Below, in pieces: positions 1-8,315 of a stretch of DNA of 64,000 nt (its first letter is position 1; the number at the start of each line of letters is the position of its first letter). The stretch lies in the IMG/VR virus record IMGVR_UViG_3300022914_000005, one strand, 5' to 3'. Origin of the DNA: an uncultured virus (IMG/VR IMGVR_UViG_3300022914_000005) (taxonomy: Duplodnaviria; Heunggongvirae; Uroviricota; Caudoviricetes). Both the position numbers and the translations under genes were made by a program. Below the pieces are notes generated by a model. It was not told where the DNA came from and ran no database searches. It worked only from the letters and a program-made list of their open reading frames with translations.

Positions 1-184
1 CCCCAACAACGAATCAGCAGGACAGACGTTCATCGCTGACGTTCTCGGACTCGCAGGCGAATGGAAGCAAACCTCATACAACGGGAACTTCCGTGGCACC
101 TACGCCGGAATCGGCTACACCTACGATCCTGCTATTGATGAGTTTGTGCCGCCCCCTGTAACTGAAGAACCGACCCCCGAGTAA
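1..184 (+). CDS. Partial (5'-truncated) small virion-cassette protein, paralog of 202..585
   Basis: Frame from base 2 reads PNNESAGQTFIADVLGLAGEWKQTSYNGNFRGTYAGIGYTYDPAIDEFVPP..., stop TAA 182-184. Shares TSYN...YAGIGYTYD...F(V/I)PP with the next gene. Confidence 0.8.
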   Translation, partial: PNNESAGQTFIADVLGLAGEWKQTSYNGNFRGTYAGIGYTYDPAIDEFVPPPVTEEPTPE

Positions 185-188
185 GAGG

Positions 189-194
189 TATAAT
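189..194 (+). promoter_or_regulatory. -10 element TATAAT 7 nt before ATG 202 (probable leaderless promoter)
   Basis: Perfect TATAAT at leaderless spacing; same arrangement before ATG 27233 and ATG 28493 (-). Confidence 0.45.
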
Positions 195-201
195 CACACC
201 T

Positions 202-585
202 ATGGCACATTACGCATTTCTTGACAACAACAACGTCGTCACTGAGGTCATCGTCGGACGTGATGAAGATGAAGTCGTTGACGGCGTTACGGACTGGGAG
301 GCTTACTACGGTGAGTTCCGGGGCCAGACCTGTAAGCGCACCTCGTACAACACGCAGGGCGGACAGCACACTGGTGACGGCACCCCGTACCGTAAGAACT
401 ACGCCGGTATCGGATACACGTACGATGCCGACCGTGACGCCTTCATTCCGCCCCAGCCGTACGCTTCGTGGGTCCTGAACGAGGACACCTGCCTGTGGGA
501 CGCCCCCACCCCGATGCCTGATGACGGACAGGAGTACACGTGGAACGAAGACACGACCTCATGGGAAGTAGTTGAGGCTGAGTAA
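202..585 (+). CDS. Small acidic phage protein (tail-appendage-associated family), 127 aa
   Basis: MAHYAFLDNNNVVTEVIVG...RKNYAGIGYTYD...PPQPYASWVLNEDTCLWDAPTPMP; paralogs at 1..184 and 2209..2595. Confidence 0.8.
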   Translation: MAHYAFLDNNNVVTEVIVGRDEDEVVDGVTDWEAYYGEFRGQTCKRTSYNTQGGQHTGDGTPYRKNYAGIGYTYDADRDAFIPPQPYASWVLNEDTCLWDAPTPMPDDGQEYTWNEDTTSWEVVEAE

Positions 586-1391
586 TGGCGATCAATTTCC
601 CCGACTCTCCTTCTAACGGCGACACCGTCACCGTCGGTGACAAGACGTGGACGTGGAACGGATCGACGTGGGATGTTGTCGTATCGACCCCGATCTCTAA
701 TCAGATCGTTGATGCGGATGGCGATACCCGCGTCCACGTAGAAGAGTCCCCCGACGAAGATTACTTACGTTTCGATACTGCTGGTACCGAGCGTATGACG
801 ATCAACCCTTCAGGCAATGTCGCTATGACCGGCGATCTTACGGTTACGGGTACTATTGCTGGTGGGTCTACTACCTTTCCCACTACGTTGGATTCTGGAA
901 CGATGCCCGCAATCGAGGCGCTTCAGGCGAAGGTTGGTGTCAATAGTTCTGCTGTTGCGACTTCGCATGATTACATTCTGAATCAGCCGACCGCTTTCAC
1001 GTTGAAGGCTCCGTTGGAGTTGTGGACCATTTCGGCTACAGCGGCCACAGGAACCGTGAACGTCGATCTGAAGTCGTCAGGCGCACATTATTTCACGGCG
1101 GATGCTACGGCGAACTGGACATACAATTTCCGTGGCGATGCGTCTACCAGTCTTGATTCTGTGTTGGCTGTCGGTGAATCGGTCACCGCTGTTCACGCAG
1201 TGACCAACGGCGCGACAGCTTACTATCCGACGGCGTTTCAGGTTGACGGTTCGGCGGTGACACCCAAGTGGTCGGGTGGTTCTGCACCCACTTCGGGTAA
1301 TGCTAGTTCGGTTGATGCTTACCTGTTTACTGTTGTCAAGACTGCTAGCGCTACGTTTACGGTGTTGGCTCAGCAGGTTCAGTTTGCCTGA
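585..1391 (+). CDS. Putative virion/tail-fibre-like protein, 268 aa
   Basis: TAATG coupling; S/T/G/A-rich beta composition; N-terminal MAINFP..TWTWNG..W and DADGDT.VHVEE..RFDTAG.ERMTI modules shared with 2632..3402. Confidence 0.7.
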   Translation: MAINFPDSPSNGDTVTVGDKTWTWNGSTWDVVVSTPISNQIVDADGDTRVHVEESPDEDYLRFDTAGTERMTINPSGNVAMTGDLTVTGTIAGGSTTFPTTLDSGTMPAIEALQAKVGVNSSAVATSHDYILNQPTAFTLKAPLELWTISATAATGTVNVDLKSSGAHYFTADATANWTYNFRGDASTSLDSVLAVGESVTAVHAVTNGATAYYPTAFQVDGSAVTPKWSGGSAPTSGNASSVDAYLFTVVKTASATFTVLAQQVQFA

Positions 1392-2206
1392 TGCCTATTT
1401 TAGGTGCGGTTTCTCAGCCTGCTGGGGCGATCAGGTATGGCCGTCCGCCGCTAGAGGTTGAATATCTGGTTGTCGCTGGCGGCGGGGGTGGCGGAGGAGG
1501 CGACGATGCCGACGGCGGAGGCGGTGGTGGAGGCGCAGGTGGCTTCCTGACCAGTACCGTGACTTTGACGGCTGGTTCTAATTACACTGTAACAGTTGGC
1601 GGTGCTGGCGGTGGATCGCCATCGCTCAGCGTTGGCTCTAGTGGCGGAAACTCAGTATTCGATTCGGCCACAGCAATTGGCGGTGGTCGTGCCGCTAGCC
1701 GTGGCGGTGGCGGTCAAAGCGGCGGTTCCGGCGGTGGATGTTTCCGAAACGCCAATCGGGGATTGGGAACGGCTGGTCAAGGAAACGCTGGCGCAAGTAG
1801 CACGACTTCGTGGGCTGGCGGTGGCGGTGGTGGTGCCGGTGCAGGTGGTAGCAACATGAACGGTGGTGCTGGTCTTGCGTTTTATGGCACCTATTACGCT
1901 GGCGGTGGTGGTGGCGGCAGAAACGGTGCTACCGCTACTGGTTCCGGTGGTGCTGGTGGTGGCGGGAACGGTGCTGCAAACGGTTCTGCTGGTACGCACG
2001 GTCTTGGCGGTGGTGGCGGCGGTGGTCAAGGAGGATGGAATACCAACTCCTTGGGTGCCCGTGGTGGTTCTGGTGTTGTTATTCTGCGCTATCCAGACGT
2101 ATATACCTTGACAGTTGCGGCAGGTCATACTGCTTCTACCACCACAAGCGGATCAACCAAGATCACTACTATTACTGCCGGTTCTGGCTCTGTTTCTTGG
2201 AGTTGA
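1391..2206 (+). CDS. Glycine-rich virion protein, 271 aa
   Basis: VEYLVVAGGGGGG...YAGGGGG...GGSGVVILRYP, the glycine-rich domain frequent in aquatic phage tail regions. Confidence 0.75.
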   Translation: MPILGAVSQPAGAIRYGRPPLEVEYLVVAGGGGGGGGDDADGGGGGGGAGGFLTSTVTLTAGSNYTVTVGGAGGGSPSLSVGSSGGNSVFDSATAIGGGRAASRGGGGQSGGSGGGCFRNANRGLGTAGQGNAGASSTTSWAGGGGGGAGAGGSNMNGGAGLAFYGTYYAGGGGGGRNGATATGSGGAGGGGNGAANGSAGTHGLGGGGGGGQGGWNTNSLGARGGSGVVILRYPDVYTLTVAAGHTASTTTSGSTKITTITAGSGSVSWS

Positions 2207-2208
2207 CG

Positions 2209-2595
2209 ATGTGGCATTATGCTTTACTTGACGAAAACAATGTTGTGACCGATATCATCACTGGTCAAAACCCCAATGTTGTCGTGGACGGTGTTGATAA
2301 CTGGGAATCGTATTACGGTGAGTTTCACGGCTGTAGGGCTGTGGGGTCTGATTGCGACATGTTTGGTGGTCAACACTTGGATGGAGGTGTTCCATTCCGC
2401 AAAAACCATGCGTCTATCGGCGGCACCTATGATGAAAGCCGCGATGCTTTTATTCCGTCACAGCCATACCCGTCATGGGTGCTAGACGAAGATACCTGCT
2501 TGTGGAACGCTCCGGCCCCTAAACCAAATGACGGCAATGCGTATGGCTGGGACGAGGACACTGTTAGTTGGGTTCAGATCGACGAAGGTGATTGA
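2209..2595 (+). CDS. Small acidic phage protein, paralog of 202..585 (128 aa; start ATG 2209)
   Basis: MWHYALLDENNVVTDIITG...PSQPYPSWVLDEDTCLWNAP aligns end to end with 202..585. Confidence 0.8.
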   Translation: MWHYALLDENNVVTDIITGQNPNVVVDGVDNWESYYGEFHGCRAVGSDCDMFGGQHLDGGVPFRKNHASIGGTYDESRDAFIPSQPYPSWVLDEDTCLWNAPAPKPNDGNAYGWDEDTVSWVQIDEGD

Positions 2596-2631
2596 TAATG
2601 TGTTACTATAGTTCTGACACTGGAGGGTGTA

Positions 2632-3402
2632 ATGGCAATTGATTTTCCGTCGTCCCCATCAGTAAATGACTCGTTTACCTCAGGGGGCAAAACTTGGGTA
2701 TGGAACGGTACGTACTGGAAGTTGTACGGCTCTGTTCTGCGCGGCCTGAGTCTTGAGATCTCCGACACGCCCCCTGCTTCTCCTGTATCAGGAGATATGT
2801 GGTATGAGTCAGATACGGGGCGCACGTTCACGTATTATGACGGCGCATGGGTGGAGTTAGGTAACACCGCCGCTGTTACAGCGTTCTTGACCGACGCAGA
2901 TGGAGATACCATCGTCCACGTCGAAGAGGGCACAGACGACGACACTATCCGCTTTGATACGGCAGGTAGTGAGCGTATGACCATTGACGCGAGTGGTGAC
3001 GTCACCATTGGCGGCAACCTGGCAGTTGGCTCTAACACTGACGTCGAAGCCAGCATTGATGCAGTTGAAGCCGATGTTTCTAACATCAATGAACTTCAGC
3101 AGAACGAGCAGACTGGAACCACCTACACGCTGGTTCTTGCTGACGGTGGTAAGTTGGTGGAGATGAACAATGCTTCGGCAAATACGTTGACTGTTCCCCC
3201 GAACTCCTCAGTTGCTTTCCCTGTGGGTTCTCAGATTCTGGTTCTTCAGACTGGTGCTGGTCAGACGACGTTGGCCCCCGACACTGGCGTTACCATCAAC
3301 TCTAAGGACGGTAATTTGAAGTTGTCGGATCAGTGGTGTGGCGTGACGTTGATCAAGCGTGCCACTGATGTGTGGGTGGCTATTGGCGATCTGAGCGCCT
3401 GA
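2632..3402 (+). CDS. Putative virion/tail-fibre-like protein, 256 aa
   Basis: GGAGG RBS; N-terminus paralogous to 585..1391; PPASPVSGDMWYESD motif; C-terminal QTGTTYTLVLAD...VAFPVG...TLIKRATDVWVAIGDLSA domain. Confidence 0.7.
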   Translation: MAIDFPSSPSVNDSFTSGGKTWVWNGTYWKLYGSVLRGLSLEISDTPPASPVSGDMWYESDTGRTFTYYDGAWVELGNTAAVTAFLTDADGDTIVHVEEGTDDDTIRFDTAGSERMTIDASGDVTIGGNLAVGSNTDVEASIDAVEADVSNINELQQNEQTGTTYTLVLADGGKLVEMNNASANTLTVPPNSSVAFPVGSQILVLQTGAGQTTLAPDTGVTINSKDGNLKLSDQWCGVTLIKRATDVWVAIGDLSA

Positions 3403-3412
3403 GGCTGACAAC

Positions 3413-6133
3413 ATGAAGTTGTCTACCTTCTCCGGGTTTATTAGCGCAGTAATCGCCGGTACCCGTGCGTTGTTTTTTGGCGGTTATACGGGGTCTGCTC
3501 GTAGCGATGTAATCGACTATGTCAACATTGAGACTCTGGGTAATGCCACCGATTTTGGTGATCTAACCGTTGCTCGTAACGGTGGTGCGGCTGGGGCTTC
3601 TTCAACTCGCGCTTTATTTGCTGGCGGTTACTCCACCTCCAGAGAAAACACTATTGACTATGTAACTATCGCCACGCTGGGTAATGCAACAGACTTCGGT
3701 AATCTGACACAGAACGCCTCCGGTCAGGCGGGTGCGTCTAACGAAACACGTTTCGTAATAGGCGGCGCAAACATTACGAGTGCGTACTACGCCTTTAGCA
3801 ATCGCATCGAGTATGTGACTATTGCTTCCACGGGTAATGCTATAAACGTAGGAGGCTTGACAGTAACTAGGGCTGAGGCTGGTGGAGTTGAGTCACCTGT
3901 TCACGGTTTGTTTATGGGCGGTCAGTTCGTGAACTCAGCAGCGACCGTATTCAGCACATATAACACTATTGACTACGTTACATTTAGTTCTTTAGGTAAC
4001 GCTCTGGATTTTGGTGATCTAACACAAGCACGTTTCGTTGGCGGTCCCGCATCTAACTCTGTCAGAGGTCTGTACGCTGGCGGTGTAAGCCGAGTTGGTA
4101 CGACTAGTGCTACCGTCCTAAGAGACACCATTGACTACTTGACCCTTGCGGCTAGAGGCAACTCCGCAGATTTCGGTAATCTTAGTGTCGCTTCTAGCAG
4201 TAACGCTGGGGCGGCTTCTTCATCGAGGGCACTATTCACCCTCGGTTATCCCAATTCTTACGGCAGTAACACCATTGAATATGTTGAGATTGCCACTACC
4301 GGCAACACTGTTGATTTTGGTGATCTCACCATTGCTCGTAATGCTGACGGCACCTCTGGCGGTCACGGTGGGCTGATCTTAGTTCTGCCTACTGCTGACG
4401 GTACTCGTGCGCTGTTCGGTGGCGGTCTCGTTGATGGCGGTTCTGTCAGAACGCAGATCGACACGGTACTGATCGCTTCGACTGGGAACGCCACCGACTT
4501 CGGTGACCTGACGCAGGCTCGAACTTATCTCAACGGGTTGTCTTCCTCTACAAGAGGCGTGTTTACCGGCGGCAATATCGGAAGCAGCACCCGTGTCAAC
4601 ACGATGGATTATGTGACCATCGCTGAGGGTGGGACCGCCCTTGACTTCGGTGACCTGACGTTGGTTCACGACGATCATGGAACAGCATCTAATGAAACCC
4701 GAGGTCTGAACTTCGGTGGTCAAACTCCAACTGTTCTGACTAACGTGATTGACTACATCACGATTGCTACGACTGGTAATGCTACGGACTTCGGTGACCT
4801 AAGTTGGGGTGCGAGCCGTAACCCGATGGCGGTCCAGTCTCCCATCCACGGCATCGTTCACGGCGGTTCCATCGACCAAGACGGCATCTACTACGTTGCG
4901 TTTGCGTCGACCGGCAACACGGTGCAGTGGGGAACCCTGTATCAGACAAACTATTCGGTGAGCAACGGTGTGTCTAATGCCACCCGAGGCGTGTTCGCTG
5001 GTGGCGGCACCGTAGCGAATGTGATCCAAGCCATTACGCTGGCATCTGCCGGAAACTCGATAGACTTTGGTGACCTGACGGTGGCAAGAGCAAAGGCGGC
5101 TGGTGCCGCTTCTCCGACCCGTGGCCTGTTTGCTTCGGGTGAGGGCTACTACAACGTGATCGACTACATCGACATCGCCACATTCGGTAATGTTGCCGAC
5201 TTCGGTGATCTCACGGAGACGATCTTGAAGCCGGGTGCCTGCTCTGACGGTCACGGTGGGCTTGGAGCGTCACCGTTGGAGTCAATCTCCAACATCGGCG
5301 TGTTCGACAACGGGGACTACATCGAATACCTGAACATCGCTTCGACCGGTAACTCGCTGAACTTCGGCAAGTTGAGTACCGCAAGGTCACGGATGGATGC
5401 TGTCGGTTCCACTACTCGGGCCGTGTTCGGTCCCGGCTTGGGGGACGATGTTACCATTGACTATCTGACGTTCACGACCGGTGGCGACGCTACTGACTTC
5501 GGTGATACAACGTCCGCTCGTTCAGCAATGGGCGGTTGTGGGAACTCTACCCGAGGACTGTTCGGCGGTGGCATCCCTAACTCGGACGTCATCGACTATG
5601 TGACCATCGCCACGACCGGCAACGCAACCGACTTCGGTGATCTGACGGTGAGCCGTGGTGATACGTCAGCAACATCCAACTCCACCCGAGGCTTGTTCTG
5701 CGGAGGTGCCACGACTCCCGGCCCGACAGTCCGAAACCAGATCGACTATGTGACCATCGCAACCACCGGAAACGCTACCGACTTTGGTGATCTCACGGTG
5801 GCTCGTCGTGATCTCGGTGCTTCTGCGTCCACTACTAGGGCTGTCATCGTCGGCGGTCGTGACGCTACGGCTTCCGGTTGGTACAACACGATGGATTACG
5901 TCACCATCGCTACGACAGGAAACGCTACGGACTTCGGTGACCTGACGGTTGCCCGAGGGAAATGTAAGTCTATGTCGAACACGACGAGAGGTATCTGTAC
6001 CCCCGGCGAGGGTTACAACGTCATCGACTACTGGACGATCGCCACCACCGGGAACGCCACCGACTTTGGTGACGCATCGACCGCCTCCTATCACGGTGGC
6101 GCAACATCAAACTGTCATGGAGGACTGTCGTGA
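3413..6133 (+). CDS. Repeat protein, 906 aa, 18 repeats (probable three six-bladed beta-propellers)
   Basis: 18 copies of IDYVTIATTGNATDFGDLTxxR...TRxxFxGG in three blocks of six, each block ending in HGGL. Confidence 0.8.
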   Translation: MKLSTFSGFISAVIAGTRALFFGGYTGSARSDVIDYVNIETLGNATDFGDLTVARNGGAAGASSTRALFAGGYSTSRENTIDYVTIATLGNATDFGNLTQNASGQAGASNETRFVIGGANITSAYYAFSNRIEYVTIASTGNAINVGGLTVTRAEAGGVESPVHGLFMGGQFVNSAATVFSTYNTIDYVTFSSLGNALDFGDLTQARFVGGPASNSVRGLYAGGVSRVGTTSATVLRDTIDYLTLAARGNSADFGNLSVASSSNAGAASSSRALFTLGYPNSYGSNTIEYVEIATTGNTVDFGDLTIARNADGTSGGHGGLILVLPTADGTRALFGGGLVDGGSVRTQIDTVLIASTGNATDFGDLTQARTYLNGLSSSTRGVFTGGNIGSSTRVNTMDYVTIAEGGTALDFGDLTLVHDDHGTASNETRGLNFGGQTPTVLTNVIDYITIATTGNATDFGDLSWGASRNPMAVQSPIHGIVHGGSIDQDGIYYVAFASTGNTVQWGTLYQTNYSVSNGVSNATRGVFAGGGTVANVIQAITLASAGNSIDFGDLTVARAKAAGAASPTRGLFASGEGYYNVIDYIDIATFGNVADFGDLTETILKPGACSDGHGGLGASPLESISNIGVFDNGDYIEYLNIASTGNSLNFGKLSTARSRMDAVGSTTRAVFGPGLGDDVTIDYLTFTTGGDATDFGDTTSARSAMGGCGNSTRGLFGGGIPNSDVIDYVTIATTGNATDFGDLTVSRGDTSATSNSTRGLFCGGATTPGPTVRNQIDYVTIATTGNATDFGDLTVARRDLGASASTTRAVIVGGRDATASGWYNTMDYVTIATTGNATDFGDLTVARGKCKSMSNTTRGICTPGEGYNVIDYWTIATTGNATDFGDASTASYHGGATSNCHGGLS

Positions 6134-6927
6134 CCGAACTAGCACTCACCGCATCGCAACTACCGGAACGGTACGAGCAGATGATCGACAAGGTGACCGA
6201 ACTGCTCCCAAGGATCGACGCATCGAACGAGTCGTTCTACAAGTCGGACTCACAACTCAAGACCGTCTCGCTGAACGTCACCGACCTGACCGATGTTGGT
6301 GCGGCGAAGCATATCCTCGCCCGTATCGAACGGAAGCGGGAAGCGTTGAAGGAGTCCGAGTTGGGGTTGCGCCGTAAGCGGATCGAACTCGCTCAGAAAC
6401 AAGACGAACTGGAATCAGCATCCGGGTACGCCGCCGAACTGTTAGAGATCGACATTCTGGAACTGTCGTCACAGATCGAATCGACGCAGAACTACCAGCG
6501 GGGTGCCGTCCGTGAGGTGACGTTCCTCGTTCACCAGTACGAAGCAATCTGCGACAAGTTAGGTGTCGAAGTCATCACCGAAGAAATGTACGAGGCGAAC
6601 GAGTCGAAGGCTCAAGTGATGCGGGCGTTCTCGCAGGCGCTCGCCGCCGCCCGCTCACGGCAGGGCTTGATCGACGAAGGCAACTTCATCTTCTTCCAAG
6701 ACCTCGGCATCAACGGTGCCGCCGCCCAACGGGAACTCATCACCTACCTCGAAATGGAACAGCAGATGCTCAACGAGGGCAAGGTGCCGACGTTCGAGGT
6801 TCAGTACGGCTGGCTGGATGCGGTCAGCGACAAGTTCGCCCCACAAGTCGCCTTGTACGCCGAGCATCGTGGACTCATCCCGCAAGTCGAAGCCGCCCTC
6901 GCACAACCGAAGGAATTAACAGTATGA
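6130..6927 (+). CDS. Coiled-coil hypothetical protein, 265 aa
   Basis: GTGA overlap with the upstream gene; E/L/K/R-rich helical sequence. Confidence 0.75.
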   Translation: MTELALTASQLPERYEQMIDKVTELLPRIDASNESFYKSDSQLKTVSLNVTDLTDVGAAKHILARIERKREALKESELGLRRKRIELAQKQDELESASGYAAELLEIDILELSSQIESTQNYQRGAVREVTFLVHQYEAICDKLGVEVITEEMYEANESKAQVMRAFSQALAAARSRQGLIDEGNFIFFQDLGINGAAAQRELITYLEMEQQMLNEGKVPTFEVQYGWLDAVSDKFAPQVALYAEHRGLIPQVEAALAQPKELTV

Positions 6928-7199
6928 AAGTAACAACGTATACCTTGAACGCCGACGGCACGATCCCCGGGTTCGTGACTAACGGCGGCTACTTCCCCGA
7001 TGCCCGTGTCGGCGACTCTCCGCAAGACTGGACACTGGTCGGCGTCTGTGCTGATGACGCTCCCGGCGACGCGATGACCGAAGCCGAACTCGTCACCTAC
7101 GTCGAAGCGTTCTCACCCGTGTTCACCAACGAGATTGACGGCACGGAGACTCCGGCGGCGGATGTTGTCGCCACATGGTGGGCAGTAAACGCCCAGTAA
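6924..7199 (+). CDS. Hypothetical protein, 91 aa
   Basis: ATGA overlap; AAGGA RBS upstream. Confidence 0.7.
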   Translation: MKVTTYTLNADGTIPGFVTNGGYFPDARVGDSPQDWTLVGVCADDAPGDAMTEAELVTYVEAFSPVFTNEIDGTETPAADVVATWWAVNAQ

Positions 7200-7269
7200 T
7201 TGCTCCCGCGCTATCGCAATAAGAACAACCATCAGGGCGCGAACTCGCTCTAATTGGGCTCTCTCACTG

Positions 7270-7278
7270 TGATAGAAT
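7270..7278 (+). promoter_or_regulatory. Extended -10 promoter element TGaTAGAAT
   Basis: TGn-TAGAAT in the intergenic gap before the distal tail gene; TAGAAT recurs in other gaps (11874, 27219, 28506 minus). Confidence 0.45.
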
Positions 7279-7325
7279 GTTGCTGTGTCGGGTGACCGAC
7301 GAAGGACGAGACATGGCGGCATAAG

Positions 7326-8309
7326 ATGACACTGTACACAGAAGACGGCGCGATTCTCTATTACGGAGAAGGTCTATACGGAGAAGGCTCGTACAACGAT
7401 CCTGAAGGCCAAGACTTCGAAACCTCTGTAGTCAATAAGGCGCTAACACCGCTACCGCCGCCAGTCTTCTCAGGTCTCTTTCTACAGGAAGACGTTATTC
7501 TCGACACTTTAGTGTTGAACTCAATTGACTCAAATAATGTCATTTGGATCTGCACAGACATTGAAGGCTGGTGGGGTCTTCCAGACCCGGAGGTTCCAGA
7601 CATTCCTCGCGGATGGGGAGACGGCTCTTATGAGGCAAACGGCCGCTGGGCCGCGCGACAGATAAATCTTACTGGAGTATTTTTTCCGCCAGGGCCGGAA
7701 TACGTGTCTACGGCAAGAGACACCCTAATTCGTGCAGCGTCTCTCGCTCGGCAAGGCGCGTGGCTGAAGACAAATGAATCGCCGACAAGAGCGTCATTCG
7801 TGAGACTCAGCGGCAGACCTGAGATACAAACAGTGAACTCTCGAGGGAAGACGGAGTTCTCGATCGGTCTACGCGCGTCCGACCCGATCAAATACTCTTG
7901 GGATGACTCAGACGCACTTGGTTACAGCTCAGTCACTATTCCGTGTAAAAATACGTCAACGGCAGAGACTGGCGCCGCGACAATCACCAACCTCGGAAAC
8001 ACTAACGTTACGATGTTTCTTGAAATTGACGGCCCTGTAGTTGGAAACGCTACAATTAAAAACACTACAACAGACCAAACGCTTACAATCGTCGAGTCTG
8101 TTGCTTCCGGTGAGCTTCTCGAGATTGACACGTACAAGCACGAGGTCGCGCTTGACGGCGACGTTCTTGGCGCCCGCGTGTATCTCGACACTCTTACGGA
8201 TTGGCTGGAGCTCACGCCAGGCAACAACTCGATAGTCTTTGAAGATCTTGGTGACGCAACATCGGACGCGGTACTCACTGTGTACTATCGCTCCGGTTGG
8301 ATAGGCTAA
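7326..8309 (+). CDS. Distal tail protein (Dit-like minor tail protein), 327 aa
   Basis: IEGWW..P...DG...RQINLTG, LRASDPIKYS, NLGN...IDGP, WLELTPGNNSI...YRSGW pattern of siphovirus Dit proteins. Confidence 0.75.
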   Translation: MTLYTEDGAILYYGEGLYGEGSYNDPEGQDFETSVVNKALTPLPPPVFSGLFLQEDVILDTLVLNSIDSNNVIWICTDIEGWWGLPDPEVPDIPRGWGDGSYEANGRWAARQINLTGVFFPPGPEYVSTARDTLIRAASLARQGAWLKTNESPTRASFVRLSGRPEIQTVNSRGKTEFSIGLRASDPIKYSWDDSDALGYSSVTIPCKNTSTAETGAATITNLGNTNVTMFLEIDGPVVGNATIKNTTTDQTLTIVESVASGELLEIDTYKHEVALDGDVLGARVYLDTLTDWLELTPGNNSIVFEDLGDATSDAVLTVYYRSGWIG

Positions 8310-8315
8310 ACTACA

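Noticed and set aside
2035..2208. 186-aa version of the 2209..2595 gene
   Set aside because: The extension overlaps the Gly-rich gene; paralog alignment starts at ATG 2209.
5580..6075. Near-identical DNA repeats as a CRISPR array or DGR template/variable repeats
   Set aside because: They are in-frame protein repeats with synonymous variation; no reverse transcriptase in the window and no adenine-specific pattern noticed.
7313..7324. Minigene ATG-GCG-GCA-TAA with AAGGA upstream, just before Dit
   Set aside because: Could be a coupling uORF but is too short to distinguish from chance.
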